This document shows positions 1 to 10,390 of a stretch of 64,000 bases of DNA, one piece after another; position 1 is the stretch's first letter, and each line of letters begins with the position of its first letter. Under the pieces are notes generated by a model. The model saw only the letters and a program-made list of their open reading frames with translations. It searched no databases and was not told the origin of the DNA. Origin of the DNA: a virus (lineage: Duplodnaviria > Heunggongvirae > Uroviricota > Caudoviricetes). The position numbers and the translations under genes are program-made. Location of the stretch: the IMG/VR virus record IMGVR_UViG_2711768193_000009; one strand, given 5' to 3'.

Positions 1-116
1 AGATTGATTTAAAACTTCATTTTTAATTTAAAAGGATCTAGGTGAAGATCCTTTTTGATAATCTCATGACCAAAATCCCTTAACGTGAGTTTTCGTTCCA
101 CTGAGCGTCAGACCCC
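1..116. mobile_element. Right end of a Tn3-family (TnA, blaTEM-type) transposon: bla-distal spacer plus terminal inverted repeat; the transposon body lies upstream of the window
   Basis: Bases 1-116 match the sequence known downstream of blaTEM in Tn3/pBR322 (agattgatttaaaacttcatttttaatttaaaaggatctaggtgaagatcctttttgataatctcatgaccaaaatccc) followed by the 38-bp IR. Similarity stops exactly at the IR tip (116/117) rather than continuing into a ColE1 origin. Confidence 0.8.
79..116. repeat. 38-bp Tn3-family terminal inverted repeat
   Basis: cttaacgtgagttttcgttccactgagcgtcagacccc is the reverse complement of GGGGTCTGACGCTCAGTGGAACGAAAACTCACGTTAAG. Confidence 0.85.
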
Positions 117-404
117 AAGAAGAGTAATACTTATTTAGTTTATGCACAGCATTTGTGGAATCCGGACAGATACTCCATTCTTGCACTTGTTACCCCAGCA
201 CACGATCTCATGAGCGCCGCCAACACACAGTTAATCTCCCACTTTTCAGCCTGTGCTGAAGATTTTCACAACCGCTAAAATCATCTTGCTTGTTTCTCAG
301 ATTTAAAAAAATCGACTCTCAATGATTCCATACCTATTAAGTATGGAATCATTGTACAAAACAGGCTATTTTATGGTTGATCATACAAAAACTTATGCCT
401 AATA

Positions 405-424
405 TACTGTTTATACATACAGTA
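405..424. promoter_or_regulatory. LexA (SOS) box TACTGTTTATACATACAGTA
   Basis: Perfect CTGT-N8-ACAG with flanking TA, 28 bp upstream of the recombinase ATG at 452. An identical 20-mer occurs at 47480. Confidence 0.6.
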
Positions 425-451
425 AAAAGGGCTTCACTCAGTGAGTGGACG

Positions 452-1558
452 ATGAAAAACACCTTTGATAAAGCACGCGCAGCAGAAAACACCTCTCGGG
501 AAGCCATCGAGTACCTCGAACGCGCTTCCGGTTTGTCGGCAGTGTCGACCGCCAAATTCGACGGAGACATGTCGTTTTCTTCCGCCTTCATGTTATTCAC
601 TCGCTTATCTTTACTGATAACGAGGCGTCGACCTGAAATAGCCGTTCATTGTGTTTTGATACATGTAATGCCGCATATCTCTGATGTAAAGGTAAGTGAT
701 ATAAGTAGGGTCTTGGTCAACCAGCTGGTGAACCCACTGATACTGGAAGGCAAGATCGTCCAGGGCAGACGCGTGTTCTCCCTGATGAAACAGTTCCTGA
801 GCTGGTGCGCCTTTCAGGGGCTGATTGATACATCACCGTTGAATGATATGTCGCTCAATAGAGTTGCCGGTGGCGCAAAGCCAGTGCCGCGCGAACGTAA
901 GCTGACGGACGCCGAGGTCTGGGTATTCTGGAACGTCTGGGATTACTTCAATGTGTGCGAAGGCACAAAGTGGGCGGCCAGGCTCTGTCTTGTCGCTGCC
1001 AGACGACCCGATGAAGTGCTCCGGGCCAGAAAGGATGAGTTCAACCTTCAACGTGATGTATGGAATCAAGGTACGCGAAACAAATCGGCCAGACAGCACG
1101 CGCTGCCGTTAAGCCCATTGATGCGTCAATGCGTGGAAGAGTTGTTCGAGTACGGGAAAGACAGCCAGTGGCTCGTTCCTTCGAATAAGAAGAAGGGCGT
1201 GGATACGCCAATGTCTAAGGTGGCCATTGCCCAGGCACTGAGAAGGATACTGGAACGACCTGAGTTGATGGAGGTTGAGTCATTCACCCCACGCGATCTG
1301 AGACGTACAGCGCGTAGTTATTTCCCTGCTCTGGGGATTAATCAGGAGGTGGCCCGTAAGATTATGAACCACAGTCTTGAAGGGATAGATCGCGTCTATG
1401 ATCGCCACGATTATATGGATGAGATGCGAGACGCCTTGAATAACTTCTCAACGTACATCGCATCTATCGTTAATCAAACAGACTTAGACGAGATAGACCA
1501 CAAATTCAAGGGAGATCGTCTAGCCACGGAGCTTATTCGTGTAAATTTCTCACAGTGA
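452..1558 (+). CDS. Tyrosine recombinase (phage integrase family)
   Basis: ORF track 377..1558. C-terminal catalytic signatures RDLRRTARSYF and HSLEGIDRVYDRHDY (His...Tyr). The likely start is ATG 452 (MKNTFDK) rather than 377. Confidence 0.8.
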   Translation: MKNTFDKARAAENTSREAIEYLERASGLSAVSTAKFDGDMSFSSAFMLFTRLSLLITRRRPEIAVHCVLIHVMPHISDVKVSDISRVLVNQLVNPLILEGKIVQGRRVFSLMKQFLSWCAFQGLIDTSPLNDMSLNRVAGGAKPVPRERKLTDAEVWVFWNVWDYFNVCEGTKWAARLCLVAARRPDEVLRARKDEFNLQRDVWNQGTRNKSARQHALPLSPLMRQCVEELFEYGKDSQWLVPSNKKKGVDTPMSKVAIAQALRRILERPELMEVESFTPRDLRRTARSYFPALGINQEVARKIMNHSLEGIDRVYDRHDYMDEMRDALNNFSTYIASIVNQTDLDEIDHKFKGDRLATELIRVNFSQ

Positions 1559-1936
1559 CTTGATGGCCTCTACCACCTTTTCTGACGCACCCTGTTGACC
1601 GTCAAAACGGTTACGGAACGCTTCTAGAACGAGTTTTTCATCAGCGGAGAGAGGTGCAGTGCCCTCTTCGCGAAAAAACTCAAGCAGCTCAGGATGACGT
1701 TCTTCCAGAACCATCAGCATCAGTCGAACCGGATCTGCCTCCAGTGCTTCGGCTAAAGCTCGAACCTTATCGACTGGAAGTGGGATTTTGCCGCTTTTGA
1801 TGAGGGAGAGGTTGTTGGCGTTCTTGTACCCAACCTCTTTGGCAATGGTAGCCTGACTTTTAGGCGAGATTGTGATTAACGAGTCAATGTAAGCTGCGTA
1901 GCGACCTTGTTTGATCTCTGTTTCGTTGGTAGCCAT
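1550..1936 (-). CDS. XRE/Cro-CI family helix-turn-helix DNA-binding protein
   Basis: HTH segment SQATIAKEVGYKNANNLSLIKSG. Convergent with and overlapping the recombinase 3' end. Confidence 0.6.
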   Translation of the reverse strand: MATNETEIKQGRYAAYIDSLITISPKSQATIAKEVGYKNANNLSLIKSGKIPLPVDKVRALAEALEADPVRLMLMVLEERHPELLEFFREEGTAPLSADEKLVLEAFRNRFDGQQGASEKVVEAIKSL

Positions 1937-2199
1937 GTAGTGAACCTTGCGTGTTTTGTTTATCTCTGGTAAGTGCTTACTGATATTACAGCAAAGGCCA
2001 GGGTTGTAAAGACTTATCTATTTAATTTCGATAGGCACAAAACCCCGGCATACCGCCATTATACTATGGTTTTTAAGCAATTTGTCACTATTCTCTTACA
2101 GAAAAAAGTAAGACGTATCTGATATAGGTGCATTCCATATTGATACAATAGGTAGTAGTATTGCCGAACTTTCAAATGTGTTCAGTTGGATGATATGAA

Positions 2200-2412
2200 A
2201 TGAAAAATATAACTTCTAAATTGACCGCCCTTGAGGTTGGACACGCATATGCGATTGGACTGGATGGCGTCGCGACGATCCTGACAGAACTAGAATCTGA
2301 AGAGCTTCCCGTGGACATGAATGACACGCCCGTTTTCGCTTTTGAACTCAAAAATAAGCATTTCACTCTCATCAATACTGGTTGCGGCTCCCTTGCCGTG
2401 AGAACCATTTAA
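2200..2412 (+). CDS. Hypothetical small protein
   Basis: 70-aa ORF only. Confidence 0.3.
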   Translation: MKNITSKLTALEVGHAYAIGLDGVATILTELESEELPVDMNDTPVFAFELKNKHFTLINTGCGSLAVRTI

Positions 2413-2521
2413 CACACATTCCTGCCGATAGAAGCCTGTACGAACAGCTTAGTCGCCTGTTCGTACAGTGATAAATTACGCACATCAGAAAACAAATTGT
2501 TTTAATAACAAGGAAATTCTC

Positions 2522-4888
2522 ATGTCCAAAGCCATGACCAGAGCTGTGCTGAAAGAGGTACAGGACTTCCGCGACTGCGTAAAACGGGTTGTAGCGATGC
2601 TATCAGGCAAACAGATACCTGTTGCAGAGCGAGGCAATGAAGCATATGTCCGCTACAACCGGCGCGGCGAACCAGTGCTGGTAAACATCCCATCTATACC
2701 GGACGACGCGTCACCAACCCTCATGAACGCAGTACGTGGTTTTCTCGACCATGAGGTAGCCCATATCCTCTTTACTGATCCGAAAGTCGCAATGAAGATG
2801 CGCGAGAGAGGAAAGGCTCCGTCTACCGGGCTTTGGAACGCGCTGGAAGACGTTTTTATTGAACGCAGAATGGGACAGGTATTCAACGGAACTCGTCGCA
2901 ATTTGCTGGCCACACAGAACCTGGTGATCGACAAATACTTCAAGGGCAAAGTGTCAGAGGCGGTTTCAATCTGCCACGGCGACCAGCGTGAATTGTTCCT
3001 GAAATTCTTCCTTTGCCCGGTCGTTCGCGCCTGGGATGGCCAAAGCCCTTTCATCGACTTTATGGAAGAACACTGGCACCTCATCGATAAGCCTGTAGCC
3101 TTGCTCAAAGAGCATGGTATCGACGTGGCCGTTCGCAATATGTCGAACACAGAAGACTGCGTGAAGGTCGCAGCTGCTATCGCCCAAATCATGCAGGATA
3201 TGAAAGACAAGCCAGAGGGCAAATTACCAGAGCTTAAATCGTCTGCTAGGAAGCCGTCGAAAAGTGAGGACGAGTCAGAGGAAACCCCAGAAGCCGGTGA
3301 CGAACCGACTCATAGTGAATCAGCACCAAAGCGTACCAAAGGCGAAGACGACGACAAGGAAGAGCAAGAAGATGATGCCTCAGAAGAGGAAGAGTCTGGG
3401 GATTCTGATTTGCCTGAATCAGTAGATAAGGACTTACCTACAGAGGATAAAGAAATTAGTGATACAGAAAGTAAATATACAGAAGCAGGCGAAGAAGAAT
3501 CAGGAGACACCCCAGAATCCGATGATGCCGGCATGGAATCAGGTGATTCTGATGACGAAGGTGGTAGTGATGACACTGGCTCTCCAACGCCTGGTGATGG
3601 CATTCGCGAAGACGCCGATGACTCCGATGGTTATGGCTCTGGCGCCGCTGGCGATAGTGATGGTGATGACGGCGAAGACTCCGATGCCAGTCACGGGGAG
3701 TCGGAAGGAGAAGGCGAAGAGGAAGATGACGCCGCCGATCACACAGACGGCGAAGGTAAAGAAAATGAGGATGCCGCGGAAGCGCCTGAAGACAGTGAGT
3801 CAGGCTTTGTTCCTGCTCCGGATGAAATGACTCTGGAGGACGCACTCAAGGCGCTCGACGAGATGGAAGACGGAACAGGCGAAATGACCGAAGACGCACT
3901 GTCGGCCACCATCAGCAAAGAGCTTATGAGCACCTCACTTTCTGAGTATCGCCCATACGATCGTTCATACGACTTTATCGGGTTGATTGATGAGGCTGAA
4001 GAGCATGTAAAGCGCACCAGAAAGACGTTTGGCGCAATCCCAATGCACTCACCGGTCGATCGCTACCGCATGGTTCCGGAAGGCAGAAGGCTCTTTGAAC
4101 TGAAAATCGAAAAACATCTGTCAGCAGGCGTTTCTTCGACTCTGGCCAAAGACCTGGAGCGAGCTATCGCCAGCCGCAATCGAGTCCAGTTTATCCCAGG
4201 CCAGAGACGTGGACGGATACATGGCGCGAACCTGTATCGTCTGGCAATGAACGACGACCGCGTGTTCCGCAAGAAAGAAGACCACAGAGCGGTGAACGCG
4301 TGCGTCCAGCAGGTGATCGACTTGTCCGGCTCAATGGGCGGCAGGAAGATTCAACTGGCACTCGCCAGCGCCTACACCATTGCGGATGCTCTGGATCGTA
4401 TCAATGTGCCTAACATCATCACCGGCTTTACCACGTTTGGTAGCCCAGATTATGAAACCATGTCGAAGCGCGGGTTTACTCGTTTCGAGGCGCTAATGCT
4501 GCCCATTATCAAAAACTGGAATGAGAAAGCCAACTCTCCAGAGATCCGCGCCCGCATGGGCTGCGTGTGTGAGACGTTCCCCCTGCTCAATAACGTCGAT
4601 GGTGAGAGCGTCGCGCAGCTGGCGACTCTGTTTGCAGGGCGAATGGAGGACAAGAAGATCATGCTGGTTATGAGCGACGGGGCGCCATGTGCTGCAGGCG
4701 ATGGGTTCCATCAGCATTTGCGAACCGTCACCAAAGAAATTGAGACGTTGAGTGACATCGATTTGATGGCTATCGGCGTTCTGACCGACGCACCACGGCG
4801 TTACTACAAAAATTACGCACTGGTAAACAGCGTAGAAGAGTTAGGGCCGTCAGTCGTCACAGAGCTATCTCGTATCATTCTTGGGTAA
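2522..4888 (+). CDS. CobT-like von Willebrand factor A (VWA/MIDAS) protein with a ~220-aa D/E/S/G-rich acidic insert
   Basis: MIDAS motif VIDLSGSMGG. ATG 2522 is preceded by aaggaaa and by an AAACAAATTGTTTT operator-like site. Acidic low-complexity tract ~3240-3900. Confidence 0.7.
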   Translation: MSKAMTRAVLKEVQDFRDCVKRVVAMLSGKQIPVAERGNEAYVRYNRRGEPVLVNIPSIPDDASPTLMNAVRGFLDHEVAHILFTDPKVAMKMRERGKAPSTGLWNALEDVFIERRMGQVFNGTRRNLLATQNLVIDKYFKGKVSEAVSICHGDQRELFLKFFLCPVVRAWDGQSPFIDFMEEHWHLIDKPVALLKEHGIDVAVRNMSNTEDCVKVAAAIAQIMQDMKDKPEGKLPELKSSARKPSKSEDESEETPEAGDEPTHSESAPKRTKGEDDDKEEQEDDASEEEESGDSDLPESVDKDLPTEDKEISDTESKYTEAGEEESGDTPESDDAGMESGDSDDEGGSDDTGSPTPGDGIREDADDSDGYGSGAAGDSDGDDGEDSDASHGESEGEGEEEDDAADHTDGEGKENEDAAEAPEDSESGFVPAPDEMTLEDALKALDEMEDGTGEMTEDALSATISKELMSTSLSEYRPYDRSYDFIGLIDEAEEHVKRTRKTFGAIPMHSPVDRYRMVPEGRRLFELKIEKHLSAGVSSTLAKDLERAIASRNRVQFIPGQRRGRIHGANLYRLAMNDDRVFRKKEDHRAVNACVQQVIDLSGSMGGRKIQLALASAYTIADALDRINVPNIITGFTTFGSPDYETMSKRGFTRFEALMLPIIKNWNEKANSPEIRARMGCVCETFPLLNNVDGESVAQLATLFAGRMEDKKIMLVMSDGAPCAAGDGFHQHLRTVTKEIETLSDIDLMAIGVLTDAPRRYYKNYALVNSVEELGPSVVTELSRIILG

Positions 4889-4984
4889 TTGGTTTACCCG
4901 TAAAAATAAGTAATCACTTACTATACAGCCTAATATATTTATATAAGATATACCCCACGAACGACAAACAGTAAGGAAAAACAC

Positions 4985-6220
4985 ATGACCGCTACTGCAC
5001 TACAGCAAGAAGAACATTTGCCAGAAGCCATCGTCTGCAAGTGGTGTGGCAAATCCTTTCATTACCTGAAATCCCATATCTCTATGGGCCGCTGCGAGAA
5101 CATTCCTGAGTCCGCGAAAGGTCTGGACGTGGACGAGGTGGTGAAAATGTACACTACTGCGTTTCCGGATGAACCAACGATCTCTCGCACGGCACTGGCC
5201 AAACTCAATGAGAAGCGTGCCGAAAAGCATTCAGGTGAAGGAAAAGTGGCGGACATTAGCGCACATCCGGGCTACGCAGGAACGGTCGAATACAAGACCG
5301 AACTGGTGGCCGCGCACGAGCTGCTTGGCGTAACGATCAAAGAGCTGGGAACGCCACGCGGAAAACCACTACAGGTGACAGTCAACGTCAACACGCCATA
5401 TCCGGAGTTCGTACCGGAAGCGAAGAAGAACTATGTGTATGGCGACTTCGACCTGATTAAAGACATCTTCATGATGCTGGAAATCGGAATCCCAGGCTAT
5501 CTCTGGGGTCATGCAGGAACCGGTAAATCTTCTCTTCCTACGCAGCTATGCGCCCTGCTGAATCGACCACTGATCCGCGCCCAGCATACGGCGTCTATGG
5601 AAGAAGCACACGTTACAGGCCAGATCCTCGCTCGCGATGGCTCCACCTACTTCGAGCCTGGTTTGCTGGCGCTGGCGATGAAAAATGGCTGGGTGTACCT
5701 CGCTGATGAATATGACTTCGCGTTCCCGCAGATTCTGGGTGTGTACCAGCCAGTTCTTGAAGGAGAACCGCTGATCATCAAAGAGGCAACTCCGGACTGG
5801 CGCCGTATCACTCCGCATAAACGCTTTGCCTTCATTGGCACTGGCAACACTAACGGCTCTGGCGACGAAACGGGTCTCTATCAAGGAACGAACATCCAGA
5901 ACGCGGCGAACTTCTCGCGCTTCGGCATTGTTTCGAACGTGAAGTACATGAGCACTAAGGCTGAAGTCAACATGCTGGCTGAGGCTGGCGTCATCCGCGA
6001 ATACGCCGAGAAGATGGTGAAATTCGCGAATCTTGTCCGTGAAGGTTATGAACAGCATCTGATCAGCCAGCCAATCGGCCCTCGCGAGCTGCTGCTGTCC
6101 GCAAAAATCGGAATGATGCGCGGTGATTTCTCTGCCGGCATCGAAAAGTCGTTTATCAATAAACTTCCATCCACGTCTGCACAGGCAGCGCGTGAAGTGG
6201 TTCAGAAGATCTTCGGTTAA
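4985..6220 (+). CDS. CobS-like MoxR-family AAA+ ATPase
   Basis: Walker A GHAGTGKSS and Walker B VYLADEYD. Directly downstream of the VWA partner. Confidence 0.7.
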   Translation: MTATALQQEEHLPEAIVCKWCGKSFHYLKSHISMGRCENIPESAKGLDVDEVVKMYTTAFPDEPTISRTALAKLNEKRAEKHSGEGKVADISAHPGYAGTVEYKTELVAAHELLGVTIKELGTPRGKPLQVTVNVNTPYPEFVPEAKKNYVYGDFDLIKDIFMMLEIGIPGYLWGHAGTGKSSLPTQLCALLNRPLIRAQHTASMEEAHVTGQILARDGSTYFEPGLLALAMKNGWVYLADEYDFAFPQILGVYQPVLEGEPLIIKEATPDWRRITPHKRFAFIGTGNTNGSGDETGLYQGTNIQNAANFSRFGIVSNVKYMSTKAEVNMLAEAGVIREYAEKMVKFANLVREGYEQHLISQPIGPRELLLSAKIGMMRGDFSAGIEKSFINKLPSTSAQAAREVVQKIFG

Positions 6221-6400
6221 TCGTGCGTAAAGGATGTTTCGGCTCTCTTATCGCAGCGTCTGAAACTGGCCGGGCTTGTCTGGCGTGTCCGGATAGGCCC
6301 GAGTGCCACCAGTCAGCCAAAGAGGTTGCGATTTCGATGTATGGGAAGTTCGTTGGCTTCCCCAATGACAAAATCAAGAAAACCAGAAAGGTAAAAACAC

Positions 6401-9400
6401 ATGAAGGCTCTGATGGTCAGAACTGACTTCTCCCTGGGAGAGTCGGCTCTAAAAGCAGAAAACGCGGTGAAAATCGCGAGAGACGCTGGCTACACCGCTG
6501 TCATTTCCGCTGACAGCATGAACATTGCCAGTGTGATCCCCCTGCAGCGTGCCGCTGGCGACGACATGGCGGTTATTTGTGGTGTTAAGCTGAATGTTGT
6601 CGACGATCCGACATACGAGCACCGCGCCCGCCTTGCGAAAGAGTCAGGGGGATGTATGGAATCATTGGTACGTGATCGCAGCTACTGCTTCACGGCACTG
6701 ATAAAGAATGAGCAAGGTTATCGCGACGTGTGCGAACTGATGACCTTAGCCAACAAGCGCGAGCAATTCTACTTTGTCCCGCGTCTGGCGCTTGACCAGC
6801 TGGCGGCCGCATATGCCAAAGGCAACATCATCCTGCTGACGTCTGACATTGGCAGTGTATTCCAGCGCCAGGACTTCGCAAAGATTATCGGGACGCTGGT
6901 CACAGCTGGAGGACGCGATAACTTCTACAGCGTGGTTTATCCGCACCCTACCCCATTCTACGACCAGATTAACGTCCGGGCGATGAAAGTGGCGAGCGCA
7001 CTGAAAATAGAGCCAGTGGCGTTCTACCCCGCTTATTACGAAGCGGTCGACGACGCTGACATTAAAGACATTGCGCACATGGTTACGAACAACATCAAAA
7101 TCGATCAGCCGCATCGTCTGCGTATTCCCCACCAGCGAGATAACGCCGTTAATGGTCGCCGCCATCTCCTTGAAGCGCTGAAAGCCTTCTCCGTTCGAAT
7201 GGATGTGCCGGTAACAGCTGCAATGGCCTCAACAACGCAGGACACCATTATTGAAGCCTGCACATGGCGCTGGCATGAATTGCCACCAGCACTGCCCAAG
7301 ATGGCAGACGACGAGCCTGCAACGCTGATGAAGCTGGCTGTCGCGGGGCTGCGTAAGCGTCTTACTACCAAAGAGTTTGGCTACACACCACCGGCTTCTG
7401 AGCACCGTGTGTATGTTGATCGCCTGAAGTACGAAATGGACACACTGACCCGCCTGGGCTTCTGTGGTTACTTCCTGATGGTGCGCGACCTGATGAATCA
7501 CAGCCGTGAAACTGGCATTCCTGTCGGGCCAGGTCGTGGTTCCTCTGCCGGTTCTCTGGTGGCGTGGTGTATAGGCATAACCAACGTCGATCCTATCCGT
7601 CACGGTCTTCTGTTTGAGCGTTTCATCAACCCTGAACGTCTCGACTTACCGGATGCGGATCTGGACTTCAGCCAGGCACGTCGTCATGAGGTGATCGAGT
7701 ATCTGAATGAACGCTATGGCGAAGATTACGTTGCCGGTATTCCGAACTTCACCTATCTGGGCGCCGCTTCTGCGCTGCGTGACACTGCGCGTATTTACGG
7801 TGTCGACGCTGCGGATATGGCGGTATCCAAAGAGTTCAAGAATCTGGAAGACGATAGCCTGTCTCTGGAAGAGCTGCGCGAGCAACTGGCCAGCCTGGAC
7901 AAATACGCCACGAAAAACCCGGAAGCGTTCAAAGCGGCGTGTAAGCTGCAAAGCCTGATGCGTGGTTTTGGTCGTCACGCTGCGGGGATGATCGTCGCTG
8001 GCGTTCCACTGGTAGAGCGCACGCCCGTCGAGCTGCGTGGCAATGCTCGCTGTATTGCGTTCGATAAACGTTACTGCGAGGCGATGGGGCTGATTAAGCT
8101 GGACGTTCTCGGTCTGGCCACACTGGATCTGCTGGATAGCGCGAAACGCTACATCAAAGAGAGTACCGGGGAAGACATCAATCTCGATGCTATCCCACTG
8201 GACGATCGCAAGGTTCTGGATGGGTTCGCTGCAGGGTACACGCAGGGCGTATTCCAGCTGGAGTCCGGCCCCATGCGCAAGCTGCTTAAAGATCTGGGCG
8301 GTGGCATTGAACCAATGAGCTTCAAAACCGTTGTCGCCACGACCGCACTCTTCCGACCTGGCCCGATTCAATCCGGCATGTTGGACGACTATGTCTCGGT
8401 GGCCAAAGGCTTCATGGCTCCACAGTCGCTGCACCCGGTACTGGACGAACTTACCGCGGAAACCAACGGCGTGATTCTGTATCAGGAACAGACGATGAAC
8501 GCGACACGATTGCTGGCCGGCTTCACGATGGCCGAAGCAGATGGTGTGCGTAAAGCGATCGGTAAAAAGGATATGGAAAAGATGAAGAGCATGGGCGAGA
8601 AGTTCGTCGTTCAGGCTCAAGCGGGTTGGATCGACGTTGAGATGGAAGACGGCACAACGCAGCGTATTCACCGCGCGGAACACTTCAAATGTGAGGACGG
8701 CGCACTGCGGACGGTCGAAGAAGCGCTGGAGGCAGGTGTGAAATTGCCTATGGCTGCTGTACGCGTTACAGGGTCACAACCGGGCTTGTCTGAGACGAAA
8801 GCTAAGGAGATCTGGGATGCCTTCGAGAAGAACGGTGCGTATCAGTTCAACAAATCACACTCCGTTGCCTACTCGCTGATCAGCTATCAGTCTATGTGGT
8901 TAAAGACACACTACCCTGCTGAGTTCTTCGCTGCTGCGCTCACCATTCTGGGCGAGGATAAGCACCAAGGGCTGGTTAAGGATGCGCTGACCTATGGCAT
9001 TCGCGTATTACCACCAGACGTTAACGTGTCATCTAACCGAATTGAGATCCGCACGCTGGAAGACGGCAGCCAGGTACTGTATGCGCCATTCTCTGCTGTG
9101 AAAGGCTGCTCTGAGAACGGATGCCAGGCCATCATGAGAGCGCGTGAGAAAGTTGGCGGCAAATTCGAGTCACTTGAGCAATTTGAGGAAGCGGTCGAGA
9201 AGCGTGCGTGTAACAGCCGGGTACGCGAGTCACTGCAAAAAGTAGGTGCGTTCGCATCGATTGAGCCTGGCAGTCTGCCAGCGACAGATCCGGAACGACT
9301 GCGCGACCAGGCAGAGTTGATGGGCAATCTGGTGATCGACGCTGTAAAAGCCTCTCGACCGTTCGAGATGAACCCTAAGCGCTCTGCTGAAGTGAATGTA

Positions 9401-9919
9401 CTGATGACTCGCATGGCGGCCGAAATGAGTCTGGGAGACGACCTGATACGTCCAAGCATTGGCATTAAGCCGAAAATCATGGTCATTCTGGACAACGCGA
9501 ACGGCAATGATGGGCGTACCGGTTACTTCATGGAGAACGGCTACGACGACTTTAAAGCGAAGTTGCTTACTGCAGGCGATCTGCGCATGGGCGATCTCTA
9601 CGTCACCGGCGTGTGCAAAAAGGTGAAGGACAAAGAGAAGGACTACACCAAAGACGAGATCGGCCAGTTCACCGACTTTATGCGTGAAGAGGTCAATCTG
9701 GTGCGTCCGACCTATGTGCTGACGTGTGGCAGCCGGGCGACGTCACTCTTCAACAACAAGAACAAACCATCCGACCTGGTTGGACGCAAAGAGTATCTGC
9801 CGGAGCTGGATGTGACCGTTTTCTACGGATTTAACCCAAACATTTTGTACTTTCGCCCAGAAGAAGGCGAAAAGCTGGAAGCAATTCTGGCAGAGGTAGC
9901 GGAGACTATTAGCAAATGA
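6401..9919 (+). CDS. dnaE: DNA polymerase III alpha subunit (DnaE-like)
   Basis: 1172 aa. PHP-like N-terminus and conserved GRGSSAGSLVAWCIGITNVDP motif. Length matches DnaE. Confidence 0.9.
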   Translation: MKALMVRTDFSLGESALKAENAVKIARDAGYTAVISADSMNIASVIPLQRAAGDDMAVICGVKLNVVDDPTYEHRARLAKESGGCMESLVRDRSYCFTALIKNEQGYRDVCELMTLANKREQFYFVPRLALDQLAAAYAKGNIILLTSDIGSVFQRQDFAKIIGTLVTAGGRDNFYSVVYPHPTPFYDQINVRAMKVASALKIEPVAFYPAYYEAVDDADIKDIAHMVTNNIKIDQPHRLRIPHQRDNAVNGRRHLLEALKAFSVRMDVPVTAAMASTTQDTIIEACTWRWHELPPALPKMADDEPATLMKLAVAGLRKRLTTKEFGYTPPASEHRVYVDRLKYEMDTLTRLGFCGYFLMVRDLMNHSRETGIPVGPGRGSSAGSLVAWCIGITNVDPIRHGLLFERFINPERLDLPDADLDFSQARRHEVIEYLNERYGEDYVAGIPNFTYLGAASALRDTARIYGVDAADMAVSKEFKNLEDDSLSLEELREQLASLDKYATKNPEAFKAACKLQSLMRGFGRHAAGMIVAGVPLVERTPVELRGNARCIAFDKRYCEAMGLIKLDVLGLATLDLLDSAKRYIKESTGEDINLDAIPLDDRKVLDGFAAGYTQGVFQLESGPMRKLLKDLGGGIEPMSFKTVVATTALFRPGPIQSGMLDDYVSVAKGFMAPQSLHPVLDELTAETNGVILYQEQTMNATRLLAGFTMAEADGVRKAIGKKDMEKMKSMGEKFVVQAQAGWIDVEMEDGTTQRIHRAEHFKCEDGALRTVEEALEAGVKLPMAAVRVTGSQPGLSETKAKEIWDAFEKNGAYQFNKSHSVAYSLISYQSMWLKTHYPAEFFAAALTILGEDKHQGLVKDALTYGIRVLPPDVNVSSNRIEIRTLEDGSQVLYAPFSAVKGCSENGCQAIMRAREKVGGKFESLEQFEEAVEKRACNSRVRESLQKVGAFASIEPGSLPATDPERLRDQAELMGNLVIDAVKASRPFEMNPKRSAEVNVLMTRMAAEMSLGDDLIRPSIGIKPKIMVILDNANGNDGRTGYFMENGYDDFKAKLLTAGDLRMGDLYVTGVCKKVKDKEKDYTKDEIGQFTDFMREEVNLVRPTYVLTCGSRATSLFNNKNKPSDLVGRKEYLPELDVTVFYGFNPNILYFRPEEGEKLEAILAEVAETISK

Positions 9920-10359
9920 ATAAAGAGAACACCATGAACGAGGCACAGAAGATTGCACAAGCGCTGGCGGCTATCCCAGCGGATTTTCAGGATAAAGCTG
10001 TTGCGGCCACCATGCGGTCGCAGTTCTGGGAAATCATCGACTGCCCGGTCACGTTAGATCTGGCGCTGGCGTTCGCCGGGCTGGATGGTGCCGATAAAGT
10101 CAGTCGTCTGCGTAAATGTGCCAGAGCGCTGGCGCTTAAAACGCAAGATCCGAAGGCGTGCCAGTATCTGCTGGAGATCTACGAATCGGATAATCCAGAG
10201 GAACAGTTGGAGGCGTTCAAAGTGTTCCGCAATCGGCTGGTGCTGAAGGTGGCCAAAGAGTTTATGGAAGTGAACAAGATTGGCGATGTGAGACAGTACA
10301 GGCTGAAACGCCAGACCAGAGTCACGCTATCCAACATTTTTGGTAAGAAAGTCGCATAA
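9916..10359 (+). CDS. Hypothetical protein (start overlaps dnaE stop, ATGA)
   Basis: 147-aa ORF. Translational coupling. Confidence 0.45.
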   Translation: MNKENTMNEAQKIAQALAAIPADFQDKAVAATMRSQFWEIIDCPVTLDLALAFAGLDGADKVSRLRKCARALALKTQDPKACQYLLEIYESDNPEEQLEAFKVFRNRLVLKVAKEFMEVNKIGDVRQYRLKRQTRVTLSNIFGKKVA

Positions 10360-10363
10360 AGCA

Positions 10364-10390
10364 AAAACCCGCCGATTGGCGGGTTTTTTC
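10364..10390. terminator. Bidirectional rho-independent terminator
   Basis: aaaaacccgccgattggcgggtttttt. Confidence 0.7.

Noticed and set aside
1-116. Cloning-vector (pBR322/pUC) contamination
   Set aside because: Identity ends precisely at the Tn3 IR tip instead of continuing into the pMB1 origin, as expected for a natural Tn3-family insertion. It cannot be fully excluded without the upstream sequence.
3310-4017. Several minus- and plus-frame ORFs (3310..3603, 3456..3845, 3459..3830, 3739..4017)
   Set aside because: All lie within the acidic low-complexity tract of the VWA gene. They are repeat-driven shadow frames.
6223-6426. 67-aa Cys-rich ORF between cobS-like gene and dnaE
   Set aside because: Overlaps the dnaE start and lacks a convincing RBS. 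Could be real but unsupported.
7646-8683. 345-aa minus-strand ORF inside dnaE
   Set aside because: Lies entirely antisense within the DnaE coding region. Typical high-GC shadow ORF.
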